From an uncultured Candidatus Saccharibacteria bacterium (GTDB lineage Bacteria; Patescibacteriota; Minisyncoccia; Sungbacterales; SURF-37), in the NCBI GenBank assembly GCA_964363965.1, contig CAYIKH010000001.1, forward strand, positions 727-64,726: a DNA stretch of 64,000 nt, in the 5' to 3' direction. The position numbers and the translations under genes are program-made. A model generated the notes under the pieces. That model worked only from the letters and a program-made list of their open reading frames with translations. It made no database searches and was not told the origin of the DNA. Below are positions 18,630 through 28,328 of the stretch, piece by piece. The first letter of the stretch is position 1, and each line of letters starts with the position of its first letter.

Positions 18630-19484
18630 ATGGCAAAGATTGCGGTGATCGGCGCAAGCGGCATGCTCGGCTATGACCTGATGAATGCTGGCCGGCCTGA
18701 CGACACGCTTGTGGGTTTGGCCCATGCCGATATTGAGATTACTGATCCGGCGAGCGTTGCTGTGGCATTAGAACGATGCCGGCCGGAGGTGGTCATCAAT
18801 GCTGTGGCCATCATCAAAACCGAGCTTTGCGAGACCGAGCCGGATCGCGCTTTTTTGGTCAACGCAGTCGGCGCTTACAATGTGGCCAAAGCCGCGGCTG
18901 GACTAGGGGCCGCAGTCGTTTTCATAAGCACGGATTACGTCTTCGACGGCTCCAAACCCTCTTTTACCGAAGAAGATGCGCCTTACCCCTTGAACGTTTA
19001 CGGCGCCTCCAAGCTTGCCGGCGAGATTTTGACAAAAATCGCAAACCCAAAGCATTTCATTATCCGCACCGGCTGGCTCTTCGGCAAAAAAGTGAGCCAC
19101 AAGGGATATAACTTTGTCACCCTCATGCTCGAGCGCGCCAAATCCGAGGCCGAAGTTCGGGTGGTCAATGATCAGACCGGCTCGCCCACCTATACGCTTG
19201 ATTTAGCACTGAAGATTTACGAGCTCATTAGACATCAAGCTCCCTTTGGTATCTATCACATCACCAATCAGGGCGGCGCCACGTGGTACGAATTCGCAAA
19301 AAAAATCTTTGAACTTTCGGGGGTAAGCCCACAACTCATCCCCATCACCACTGCTGAAAGCGGAACAAAAATCGCGCGGCCAGCGTTTTCCGTTCTCGAG
19401 AATCAAGGACTGCCAGAGTTCGGCATCTCACCGCTTCGTCCGTGGCAGGAAGCGCTCCGGGCGTACCTTGACGAAATAATGTAG
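18630..19484 (+). CDS. rfbD: dTDP-4-dehydrorhamnose reductase family
   Basis: MAKIAVIGASGMLG...YGASKLAGE. The start was chosen at MAKIAV, and the ORF frame overlaps the rfbB end. Confidence 0.75.
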   Translation: MAKIAVIGASGMLGYDLMNAGRPDDTLVGLAHADIEITDPASVAVALERCRPEVVINAVAIIKTELCETEPDRAFLVNAVGAYNVAKAAAGLGAAVVFISTDYVFDGSKPSFTEEDAPYPLNVYGASKLAGEILTKIANPKHFIIRTGWLFGKKVSHKGYNFVTLMLERAKSEAEVRVVNDQTGSPTYTLDLALKIYELIRHQAPFGIYHITNQGGATWYEFAKKIFELSGVSPQLIPITTAESGTKIARPAFSVLENQGLPEFGISPLRPWQEALRAYLDEIM

Positions 19485-19565
19485 TTGCTGTACAATTTTA
19501 GCTGCGCTATTTGGGCGTAGCGTTTGTTCTTTTCAAAAATATTCTAAGAGAGGAGGTGAGCGGCG

Positions 19566-20120
19566 GTGCGCTTCCTGCGGATGCTCTGGGAGTGCATCAC
19601 ACTATGGCGGCCAGAACCAGCCACTGAGGAGGAGCTGAGAAAATGCGACGCGGTGTTCGCGTTCGCGGACTCGCGGATGCGGGATGGTTCACCGGGACCA
19701 GGCAATGAGTTCATAGCCGCAGGATGTCGGGAGCTTCGCGAGCGGTACGGGTTACCACTCCTCGTCCAGGATGAGGTGGCGCTTGCGGCGGAGGATCTTG
19801 AATGCCGCTATGTCGCGCGCGGACCTCAGCATGGTAAATCGGGGCGTCGGTGGAATACGGCGACTATCACCGATGAATTTGCCGCCATCTGTCGGCAGGA
19901 GCGATGGTGCCGAATCGTCATCGTCTCCACTCCTGACCATCTCCTGCGCTGCTGCTGGGTTGCGCGTAAGCGCGGCTTCGAAGCGGTATGTGCCGAGATG
20001 CCCGAGGGGCATTACTTCCATCCCGATTTGGCCCTCTGGGCCTGCCGTGGCGGAAAGTACCGCTTCCGGGCGCGCGATTTCCTCGTGCGGCTCTACTTTC
20101 TCTTTCGTGGCGATATATGA
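19566..20120 (+). CDS. Hypothetical protein, DUF218 (YdcF/ElyC)-like
   Basis: IVIVSTPDHLLRC resembles the DUF218 core motif. It has a GTG start with a strong SD (gagaggaggtga) at 19548-19559. Confidence 0.4.
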   Translation: MRFLRMLWECITLWRPEPATEEELRKCDAVFAFADSRMRDGSPGPGNEFIAAGCRELRERYGLPLLVQDEVALAAEDLECRYVARGPQHGKSGRRWNTATITDEFAAICRQERWCRIVIVSTPDHLLRCCWVARKRGFEAVCAEMPEGHYFHPDLALWACRGGKYRFRARDFLVRLYFLFRGDI

Positions 20121-20255
20121 CGGGTGGCCGTGGCCTCGCTACCTTTGATGAGCTCTTCGGGTACGGTGCCGGAAGAGCATCCGGTAGTCGTGAGCACGAG
20201 GCGGCTTCGCACGCGCGAAGCCGCCTTTCTTTTTGTCGATTTTTGAGTTAGATTT

Positions 20256-20648
20256 TTGGATATGCAGTTTCACGAATACCGATTCCACGAGGACGACCGC
20301 CGCAAAGGGCGTTACGACATTGTTTCCGGCCTTGTCGGAGAGATGAATTTTTCCGTACACCCTGCCGGAGTGGTTCCTGAAGAGTGGCACATGCATAAAA
20401 TTCATACCGACTATTTCACGGTGGCCAAAGGCCGGGCACTGTTTCGGCTTCTATATGAGGATGGACGTGAGGAGAAAATCATTTTGAGCGAAAGAGATGC
20501 CAAGACCCTGATCGTGCCTCCTGGCGTTTGGCATAACTACACGGCGCTCGAGCCGACGATTATGATTTTCTACATTGACCGTAAATTCGATGCCGCCGAT
20601 GAATTTCGGAAGCCATGTGATGCCGACGGCTGGAGCGTTGATAGATAG
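20256..20648 (+). CDS. Cupin-fold NDP-4-keto-6-deoxyhexose 3,4-ketoisomerase/epimerase (FdtA/WxcM-like)
   Basis: 130 aa with the WHMHK...TDYFTVAKG...VWHNY His-containing cupin motifs. Confidence 0.55.
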   Translation: MDMQFHEYRFHEDDRRKGRYDIVSGLVGEMNFSVHPAGVVPEEWHMHKIHTDYFTVAKGRALFRLLYEDGREEKIILSERDAKTLIVPPGVWHNYTALEPTIMIFYIDRKFDAADEFRKPCDADGWSVDR

Positions 20649-20650
20649 AT

Positions 20651-21700
20651 ATGAAAGTTGATCCAGTAATTTTAAGCTCGATGTTCGAGGAGCTTAAACG
20701 AGCTCCTCAAATTTATCATCCTTCCGAATACTGGGAGCGGCTGAATAAACGACACGCCGAGCGCATCATCGCCTCCGGTCTTGGTAGTTTCAAGCGATCG
20801 GTGAATTTGAAGTATTTTAGCTGGCGGGTCAGACCTATTCTGCGCCAGCAGCTTTGGCCGGTTTTGGCCGCATTGGCGCGCCTCAATTTATCGCCATTTT
20901 TCAGGAGTGAGTTTAAAAACTATGAAGCGCGACTGGAAGAAGGAGCAAAAGGCTTTGGTCGCTGGTCAGCATTTGTCTATCGGGTTTTTGTTTCGGCCTT
21001 TGCTGATTACCTATCGCGACAAGATCGTATGAAACTGCTTAAGACGATTGATGAGCCGATGTTAGGTAACCCCTTTGCTATTAGTTATCACGGTCGGCTT
21101 ATTTCGCAGGACCTCATAAATTCCATTCTCGAATTTTATAGCGCCACCCAAGCAAGTGACCCTCGGCGCGATATTGGGTCGGTGGCGGAGATTGGAGCCG
21201 GGTACGGGCGCCTGGCTTATGTTTTTTTGGAAGCCCTACCCAAATCAACGTATTGTATTATTGATATTCCACCGGCACTATATATTTCGCAGGAGTATTT
21301 AAGTCAGTTGTTCCCCGGTGAGCGAATTTTTCGTTTCCGGCCTTTTCGTTCTTTCGCCGATGTCAGGGAGGAGTTCGAAACTTCGCGCATACGCTTTTTG
21401 ATGGCCCATCAGATCGAGCTTCTTCCGCCAAAAGGTTTTGATTTGGTGCTGAATGTAAGTTCATTCCAGGAGATGTCGCGCGATCAGATTGCCAATTACA
21501 CCAAGCAATTTGAGCGCATCGGCCGCCGCTATTTTTACACCAAGCAGTGGAAGCGATCACACGTGCGCGACAATGATTTTATCACCGAACATGAATATCC
21601 TGTGCCCGCCGGATGGCAGGCCATCTACCATCGACGCCATCCAATCCAGTCCAAGTTCTTCGAGGTCCTTTACCGCGCCAATCCCGACGGGAAACTCTAG
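20651..21700 (+). CDS. Putative SAM-dependent (sugar O-)methyltransferase, paralogue B
   Basis: 349 aa, co-linear with 15192..16253 at ~70% identity (EIGAGYGRLAY, FYTKQWKRSH). Confidence 0.55.
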   Translation: MKVDPVILSSMFEELKRAPQIYHPSEYWERLNKRHAERIIASGLGSFKRSVNLKYFSWRVRPILRQQLWPVLAALARLNLSPFFRSEFKNYEARLEEGAKGFGRWSAFVYRVFVSAFADYLSRQDRMKLLKTIDEPMLGNPFAISYHGRLISQDLINSILEFYSATQASDPRRDIGSVAEIGAGYGRLAYVFLEALPKSTYCIIDIPPALYISQEYLSQLFPGERIFRFRPFRSFADVREEFETSRIRFLMAHQIELLPPKGFDLVLNVSSFQEMSRDQIANYTKQFERIGRRYFYTKQWKRSHVRDNDFITEHEYPVPAGWQAIYHRRHPIQSKFFEVLYRANPDGKL

Positions 21701-21757
21701 CATTCAAGGTATAAGTAGTAAAGGGCGTGCGCTCGCCGGCGAGGGGCGAAGGCACTC

Positions 21758-22747
21758 TTGATTACTATGACAAAACTCATTGCCGAGGTCTGTCAGAACC
21801 ATAAGGGGAACCGGGGGCTCTTGAAGGAGCTAATTTTTGCCGCAGCCGAAGCCGGCGCTGACATCGTGAAGGGCCAGGTTATTTTTTCCGATGACCTTAC
21901 CTACCGTGAACGCTTTGAAGGGGGAGTCGTGGAACATAATGGAGTTCGCAAGACCATCCAGCGTCCGTACGGCCCGGAGCGCGAACGGCTCTCCAAACTC
22001 GATCTTAACGAGGACGATTACCGCTTTTTTATTGAGGAGTGCTATCGCGCCGGAGTCCGGCCGATGCTTACCGTATTTTCGCGCAAGCGCATTCCCTTTG
22101 CGGCGTCCTTGCCGTGGCAGGGCGAGAAACTGTTTAAGGTGGCCAGCTACGATTGCGCGAGTTTCCCCATGCTCCGCGAACTGGCCGGATATTTCGATCG
22201 TCTCATCGTGTCCACCGGCGGAACGTTCGATGATGAAATCAAACAGGCCGCCGAAATTTTACGATCATCGGCCAAACCTTATGCGCTTCTACACTGCGTG
22301 ACCAGTTATCCCAATACTTTGGCCATGGCTAACCTGGCCCGTATCCGATGGCTGAAGCAGTTTGCGCCTGAGACGGGATGGTCGGATCATACCCTGGTCG
22401 AGCGTGACGGCATCAAGGCAGCCAAGGTCGCGATCATGCTCGGGGCTGATTACGTTGAACGACACTTCACCGTCCTCCCGTCAGAGGAGACAAAGGACGG
22501 ACCGGTTTCGATCACTCCACAGCTCCTGGCCGACCTGAAAGCATTCAGCCGCCTTAGTGGGGAGGAACAGCGCGAAGCCGTAAAGCAAGACATCCCGGAG
22601 TGGCCGATCATGATCGGAGCTTCCGAACGCGAGCTCATCCATACCGAGATGCTTAACCGCGATTACTACCGCGGTCGTTTCGCCAGCCGTGTCGGTGAGG
22701 AATGGGTGTATAACTGGGAGGATGGGTTGGAGAGAGAGAAGGTTTGA
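21758..22747 (+). CDS. NeuB-family (PEP-condensing ulosonic acid synthase-like) enzyme lacking SAF domain
   Basis: IAEVCQNHKGNRGLLKELIFAAAEAGADIVKGQ parallels the NeuB N-terminus. LHCVTSYP and WSDHT parallel the NeuB HC..YP / FSDHS motifs. Confidence 0.5.
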   Translation: MITMTKLIAEVCQNHKGNRGLLKELIFAAAEAGADIVKGQVIFSDDLTYRERFEGGVVEHNGVRKTIQRPYGPERERLSKLDLNEDDYRFFIEECYRAGVRPMLTVFSRKRIPFAASLPWQGEKLFKVASYDCASFPMLRELAGYFDRLIVSTGGTFDDEIKQAAEILRSSAKPYALLHCVTSYPNTLAMANLARIRWLKQFAPETGWSDHTLVERDGIKAAKVAIMLGADYVERHFTVLPSEETKDGPVSITPQLLADLKAFSRLSGEEQREAVKQDIPEWPIMIGASERELIHTEMLNRDYYRGRFASRVGEEWVYNWEDGLEREKV

Positions 22748-23904
22748 TGCGCTACATCGTCACAAACTTTGCCTATGGTACCGGGCCGTACCTGCGGACT
22801 ACGGAATTGGCCATCGCGCTGAACCAACGATTGTTCGAGCTTGGTCGCGAGCGGCTCGGTATCATCGTTCCCTGGGTCTACGGCGAGAAGCAGCGCAGTA
22901 TCATGCGTGAGGAGTTTGGGGGCTACAATACCGTCCATCCCGGGGAGATTCTCCTTGATTCGCACCTCGGTGTGCTCTTAAGAAGCGTTTTCTACGGGAA
23001 TAACACCTACGAGCAGGCGCTTTCCCTTTGGGTGGAGCGGGGCGATGCGGCCAGCCGCGAAGCCCAGTCACATCTCTTGGGGATACTCGAACTTGAAGAT
23101 TTATCCGGCCGGCGCGTTACGGTTGCAGGTGGAGAAATCGTACTAGAACTCAATCGCGCCCCGCGTCTCACTTACGCCGTAGCGCCCAGTTACTCAGCGA
23201 CTTTCGCTCATATCTCGGCCATTCTCCGCGCGGTACTCGAGGTGCCGGAAGCCGAGATCCGGGTGGATCGCGAGCTGGTGCGCCGAGCCATACCGCTTGC
23301 CGAGCGGATCGAGCGGCTCCAGCGGCTGCACTTCGTTGCCGAACCAGGGACTTTCTCCTATTTAGGCACACGTATGCGCTACCCGAACGAAGAATCTTCT
23401 CCTCCCATTGCCCGGCCCCTCGCCACGAACAATAAACCCCTGGCCCCGGGGATCTACGTCACCGTCACTGGCATCCCGGGGCTTGAGCGGCTCTACCAGG
23501 AGGCCCGCGGGCTCGGCCTCACCATTTACACCAATGACCCGGAGGCGGTGCCGGGGGCGAAGCGGCTTCTCCCGCATGTCATACCCAATCCGGCGATCAA
23601 ATTTCAGTTTGCGCGGAGCGGTTGGGGTTCGATCTGGAACTCGCAGCTCTCCGGTACCCCCTTCGTCACCCCAGCCTACGATCCTACCGACGATCCGGAG
23701 ATTTACTTCAATAATCGCTGTCTCGAGGAATTGGGACTGGGCATTAGCTATCGCCGTGAATCTTTTAAGAAACTTCTCGAGCTCGCCGAGGCGTTGCGCC
23801 CGCGAATCAAAGCTATCAACCGCGCGATCCTGGCGCGATTCGGCACTTACGATGGTAACCGTTACATCGCCGAGCGCATCGTTGACAGGCATTTCACCGA
23901 GTGA
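22744..23904 (+). CDS. GT-B fold protein, MurG/PseG-like (glycosyltransferase or UDP-sugar hydrolase)
   Basis: The C-terminal FARSGWGSIWNSQLSGTPFV resembles the Glyco_tran_28_C motif. Confidence 0.4.
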   Translation: MMRYIVTNFAYGTGPYLRTTELAIALNQRLFELGRERLGIIVPWVYGEKQRSIMREEFGGYNTVHPGEILLDSHLGVLLRSVFYGNNTYEQALSLWVERGDAASREAQSHLLGILELEDLSGRRVTVAGGEIVLELNRAPRLTYAVAPSYSATFAHISAILRAVLEVPEAEIRVDRELVRRAIPLAERIERLQRLHFVAEPGTFSYLGTRMRYPNEESSPPIARPLATNNKPLAPGIYVTVTGIPGLERLYQEARGLGLTIYTNDPEAVPGAKRLLPHVIPNPAIKFQFARSGWGSIWNSQLSGTPFVTPAYDPTDDPEIYFNNRCLEELGLGISYRRESFKKLLELAEALRPRIKAINRAILARFGTYDGNRYIAERIVDRHFTE

Positions 23905-23993
23905 GAGGTTGGGGTTGAAATTCCTTCGCGGTAGTCGAGGCCGAGACCTCGATGCCGGTGGAGAAGTATTCTTAAAAGAGGCACATCTGCTAT

Positions 23994-24725
23994 ATGTTTA
24001 ACAACACCCACATTCTCGCGATCATCCCGGCCCGTGGCGGTTCGAAGGGTATTCTCCGGAAGAACCTCCGGTTAGTGGCTGGATTGCCGCTAGTTGTCCA
24101 TAGCATTCTTGCCGCCAAAGCTTCACGCTTAATTGAGCGCACTATTGTCTCTACTGACGACGAGGAGATCGCCGAGGTGGCGCGGAGCTACGGGGCCGAA
24201 GTTCCTTTTCTCCGGCCGGCGGATCTGGCTCTCGACACCACTCCGGATTTCCCGGTTTTCGAGCACTGTCTGAATTGGCTTGAGGAGAGTGAGGAGTACC
24301 GGCCCGATATCGTGGTTCATCTCCGGCCCACCGGCCCCCTTCGCACCGGGTTAGAAATCGACGAGGCGGTCGAGCTCCTGGAGCGTCATCCCGAGGCCGA
24401 CTCGGTCCGCTCGGTGCACGAGCCGGATAAATCTCCCTACAAAATGTGGCGGCTCGAAGGTTCGTACATGGTGCCTTTTTTACGTGATCCCGACTACCCC
24501 GAGCACTATAACGCCCCCCGCCAACTCCTGCCCAAGGTCTACGCTACTAATGCCAACATCGGGGTGGTCCGCTACCGGACACTCCGGGAGAAAGGTTCGG
24601 TCATAGGAGAGCGCGTTTTGCCCTATCCTGTCTCCGGGCCGCACGTGGACATTGATACTGAACTCGATCTTGAACTCGCCGAGCTTCTCTTTCGGAAGCG
24701 CGCGCGGGAGGGCCGCGGGTATTGA
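23994..24725 (+). CDS. CMP-ulosonic acid / acylneuraminate cytidylyltransferase family (CTP_transf_3)
   Basis: AIIPARGGSKGILRKN...VSTDDEEIA is the canonical NeuA/KdsB-family N-terminus. Confidence 0.7.
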   Translation: MFNNTHILAIIPARGGSKGILRKNLRLVAGLPLVVHSILAAKASRLIERTIVSTDDEEIAEVARSYGAEVPFLRPADLALDTTPDFPVFEHCLNWLEESEEYRPDIVVHLRPTGPLRTGLEIDEAVELLERHPEADSVRSVHEPDKSPYKMWRLEGSYMVPFLRDPDYPEHYNAPRQLLPKVYATNANIGVVRYRTLREKGSVIGERVLPYPVSGPHVDIDTELDLELAELLFRKRAREGRGY

Positions 24726-26131
24726 TGCAGCGGCGTTTTATGTCGACGGTCTTCCTCGCCCTAGCCAACTCCAGCCACTACTCGGGTGTCCTCCGGACGC
24801 GCTTTATTGCTGAACTCGCCCGGCACTTTCGCGTCCTCGTTCTCACTCCGCAGCTGGATGATGCGATCGTCAAACGCGATCGCTATTTTCGGAATGGAGG
24901 CGTTTCTTACCATCGTTTCCCTATTACCTATCCGCGTTTCTGGAATGTTTTGGACAGGTATCTGCGCGTGCCGCTTGTCTCCTCCTTCGACCACCTCACC
25001 TACATGCGCTATTTCTATCAGCGGTCCCACGCGCCGATCCGGAAACTCCTCATGGCCTCCCGACGGCTCTTCCCGGCATTCCTCTTCACCACCGATCGGT
25101 TGACGCTCTGGGAGGTGCGTTGGGCTCCGCAGGGTAAGGTACTAGCCGAGCTCTTTCGCACTCACACCCCGATCCTCGTCCTCACCGCCACCCCTGGATT
25201 CACGCCCTTCGAAGCCGAAATCATCGTCGCGGCTAAGCGCTTAGGGGTTCAGACCGCGGCTATCAGCATCAACTACGACAACTTGACTTCCAACGGCAAG
25301 CTCATCCGTAAAACCGACTATCTCGCCGTCTGGAACAATCTCATGCGGCGCGAAGCTAAAGTTTTGCATCGCTATTCGGATGAGCGTTTAGGCCTAGTCG
25401 GGTGTCTGCGCTTTGACCATTATTTTTATGATGAGGAGAATCCGCGTTTCCCCTCGCGCGAAGATTTTCTGAAAGCCAAGGGCCTTGATCCCGGCCGGAA
25501 AACACTGGTCTTTGCCGGCCCGACCCCAACCAATTACCCTCCGCGGCGTGAGTTTATTGCCGAGCTCTTGCGTCTTAAACGCGATGGGCACCTTGACGGC
25601 GATCCAAATATCCTGGTTCGCATTCATCCTAACGATAGTCTGGCAACGTATCGCGAGTTCCTTGGGATGCCGGGCATGCATTTTGAAGGCGCAAGTCGCA
25701 ACGTGCGTCTGGATGGCGGCAAGGGGGTGAGCATGGACGAGGAAGACCTTCTGAACCTTACCGCCACCCTTAAATACGCTGATGTTGTTTTGAATTTCGC
25801 CTCGACCGTGGCCATGGAGGCAGCTATCTTTGACCGGCCGGTCATCAATGTCGCCTTTCCCGACTACCGCCGAATCGTGTATCAATATGAATACAATAAA
25901 CACATCGTTGATACTGGCGGCGTGCGTTTAGCCCGAAGCCCGGAGGAGCTTAGTGAACTAGTAAACATGTATTTCCGCAACCCGGCTCTTGATCGCGAAG
26001 CGCGGGCCAAACTCCTTGAATTTTTTATCCCGTTTCGCGACGGCCGGAGCTGGGCGCGAACTATGGACTTCATTGTGAAAATTACCAAGCCCGGTAGTGA
26101 GAGCTTCTCTCTACTACCGGGCAAGCCGTGA
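24722..26131 (+). CDS. TagF-like CDP-polyol phosphotransferase family protein (GT-B), paralogue 1
   Basis: The C-terminus VVLNFASTVAMEAAIFDRPVINVAFPDYRR...YEYNKHIVDTGGVRLARSPEEL parallels the TagF motif region (..ITDYSS...KP.I....D.EEY...YDYE...GP...T.EEL). Confidence 0.55.
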   Translation: MMQRRFMSTVFLALANSSHYSGVLRTRFIAELARHFRVLVLTPQLDDAIVKRDRYFRNGGVSYHRFPITYPRFWNVLDRYLRVPLVSSFDHLTYMRYFYQRSHAPIRKLLMASRRLFPAFLFTTDRLTLWEVRWAPQGKVLAELFRTHTPILVLTATPGFTPFEAEIIVAAKRLGVQTAAISINYDNLTSNGKLIRKTDYLAVWNNLMRREAKVLHRYSDERLGLVGCLRFDHYFYDEENPRFPSREDFLKAKGLDPGRKTLVFAGPTPTNYPPRREFIAELLRLKRDGHLDGDPNILVRIHPNDSLATYREFLGMPGMHFEGASRNVRLDGGKGVSMDEEDLLNLTATLKYADVVLNFASTVAMEAAIFDRPVINVAFPDYRRIVYQYEYNKHIVDTGGVRLARSPEELSELVNMYFRNPALDREARAKLLEFFIPFRDGRSWARTMDFIVKITKPGSESFSLLPGKP

Positions 26132-27501
26132 AGATGAGAACCGTCCTGATCACAATCTATCAGGCCGTGGAGGCCAAAAACATTCTTCGGACTGATATCA
26201 TACGCTCTTTACTCGCCGAGCCGGATGTCCGTGCAGTATGCCTTACTAAATTTAAGGAGCGGGCTGATTATTACCGGCAGGAGATTCCGCATGAGCGGAT
26301 AATTTATGATTACTGCGACCAGGAACCTGGCGGGGCGCTGGAGCGATACTTCAGCGCTTTAAAGTTTCATCTTATCCGCACGGCCACTACTGATCTCAGG
26401 CGCCGCATGAATTTTGAGGAATCTGGAAATTATTTTTCTTATCTCATTGGTCGAGCTCTAAACTTCCTGCTGGCCCGTGGATCAATACGGAGGCTGGCGC
26501 GGTTTTTGGATTATCACCTAGTTTCTGATTCGGGGTTTGGCGATATTCTTAGGCGCTATCAGCCGGATGTTGTTTTTTTTGCTCATCTTTTTGATGATGC
26601 TGAAATTGCGCTTCTTCGCCAGGCCAAAAAGCGCGGAATCCCAACAGTCGGCTTTATTAATTCATGGGATAAATTGACGGCCCGTTCGGCTGTGCGCCTG
26701 CTTCCGGACAGGCTGGTGGTTTATAACGACATTGTAAAGCAAGAGGCCGTGGAGCACGCCGACATGCCGCCGGAGAAGATCGTGGTTTCGGGCATACCGC
26801 AGTATGATCAATATTTTACCCCAGGACCCGTTTCACGACAGGAATTTTGCGCCAAGGCCGGACTTGATCCAAAACGCGCAATTGTGTTATTGGCGCCCAT
26901 GGGTCGGGCTTTTTCCAACTCGGATTGGGAGATGATTGATATGCTTCATGAAATTATTTCTCCAAGCCAAGGTCTGCCGTTATCCCAGCTTTTGGTGCGC
27001 TTCCAGCCCAATGACTTTATTGATGAGGTTGAAATTTCGCGCCGGCCATGGCTGAGATATTCATTGCCCGGGATTCGCTTTGGAACCAGGCGCGGAGGAG
27101 ACTGGGACATGAGATTTGAAGAGCTAACTCATCTTAATGATACCCTTTTTCATTCCAGTCTCCTGGTTTCCTATGCTTCCAGCATGAGCGTGGATGCGGC
27201 CATATTCGGCAAGCCGGTGATCAACATTGATTTTGAATTGAAGCCCGGGGAGTCCATGTCAAAATCGCCAACTTTTTATTACCAGACCGATCATTATAAA
27301 AAAGCCCTTTTAACCGGCGGCATCAGGTTAGTGAAGAGTCGCGATGAGCTGATACAATGGCTCCGGCGTTACCTCCAAGATCCGAGCCTTGATCGTGAAG
27401 GACGGGAGCGGTTGGTTAAAGAGCAGTGCGGTTTAGTTGACGGTAAGGCCGGAGAGCGAATCGCCAGAGCCATTTTCGGGGTATTACAAGTATTACAATA
27501 A
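26128..27501 (+). CDS. TagF-like CDP-polyol phosphotransferase family protein, paralogue 2
   Basis: VSYASSMSVDAAIFGKPVINIDF...YYQTDHYKKALLTGGIRLVKSRDEL. It overlaps paralogue 1 by ATGA. Confidence 0.55.
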   Translation: MKMRTVLITIYQAVEAKNILRTDIIRSLLAEPDVRAVCLTKFKERADYYRQEIPHERIIYDYCDQEPGGALERYFSALKFHLIRTATTDLRRRMNFEESGNYFSYLIGRALNFLLARGSIRRLARFLDYHLVSDSGFGDILRRYQPDVVFFAHLFDDAEIALLRQAKKRGIPTVGFINSWDKLTARSAVRLLPDRLVVYNDIVKQEAVEHADMPPEKIVVSGIPQYDQYFTPGPVSRQEFCAKAGLDPKRAIVLLAPMGRAFSNSDWEMIDMLHEIISPSQGLPLSQLLVRFQPNDFIDEVEISRRPWLRYSLPGIRFGTRRGGDWDMRFEELTHLNDTLFHSSLLVSYASSMSVDAAIFGKPVINIDFELKPGESMSKSPTFYYQTDHYKKALLTGGIRLVKSRDELIQWLRRYLQDPSLDREGRERLVKEQCGLVDGKAGERIARAIFGVLQVLQ

Positions 27502-27511
27502 GAGTGATATT

Positions 27512-28327
27512 ATGTCCGATTGGGTTTCTAATTTTCCGTTGGTTCGGCATATCCGCGAGCTACGCGAAAAGACCGGTGGATCAGCCAGCATCGGCTGGAT
27601 GTACGATGAGCCGGCGTTTCTTTTATATGCTCTTGCCAAGTGGTATAAGCCCGAACTCGTGATTCAGACCGGGCATCTTTGGGGCAAGTCGGCCATGGTG
27701 GTGCTTGAGGCGCTCCATGACGGTTTTCTCATGTCTGCCGAAGGCATGATGGAGGAGGAGCAGGACGCGGATAAGAAGCTAGGCGCTTTCATCGCCGCAA
27801 ACCGCCCTTCGCCTCCGCAGCGGCCGAAAGTCATCAGCATTGATCCATTGCCAAAAGGCGTCCCGGATTCTGACGCCGGCATACGGTATCTTCGCGAGTA
27901 CGATCCGAATTTTGAGTTCTACCAGATGAAGAGCGACGAGTTTTTTCGAGCGCACGGTGGGCGGCTGGCCAAAGAATTCTCCGGCAGGCGCATCATGGGC
28001 ATTGTTGATGGCGATCACACTTGGGAAGGTTGTATGCAGGATCTCGAGTCATTGGCCAAGCTGGGAGCGCAATTCATCGTCGTTGATGACATGGCCTGGC
28101 TGCCGCACCTTAGGCGCGCCGCAGGAGAGTTTGGCCGCCGGAACGGCTACGAATTTTTCACTCTGCCTTTCTTCACCGGGATGGGCCTTCTTTGGCGGCG
28201 CGGTGAGATATCAATATCGCCGAAAGTTAGGAAGTTCCCGTATTCGCTGAAGGAATTTTTTTACGCCATCGGAGGTTTGGGACTCATCAATTTTGCGCGG
28301 CGGCTTAAGCATCTTATCGTTGGCTAG
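27512..28327 (+). CDS. Class I SAM-dependent methyltransferase, TylF/Methyltransf_24-like
   Basis: VIQTGHLWGKSAMVV and IVDGDHTWEGCMQDLE resemble macrocin-O-methyltransferase-type motifs. Confidence 0.5.
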   Translation: MSDWVSNFPLVRHIRELREKTGGSASIGWMYDEPAFLLYALAKWYKPELVIQTGHLWGKSAMVVLEALHDGFLMSAEGMMEEEQDADKKLGAFIAANRPSPPQRPKVISIDPLPKGVPDSDAGIRYLREYDPNFEFYQMKSDEFFRAHGGRLAKEFSGRRIMGIVDGDHTWEGCMQDLESLAKLGAQFIVVDDMAWLPHLRRAAGEFGRRNGYEFFTLPFFTGMGLLWRRGEISISPKVRKFPYSLKEFFYAIGGLGLINFARRLKHLIVG

Positions 28328-28328
28328 C

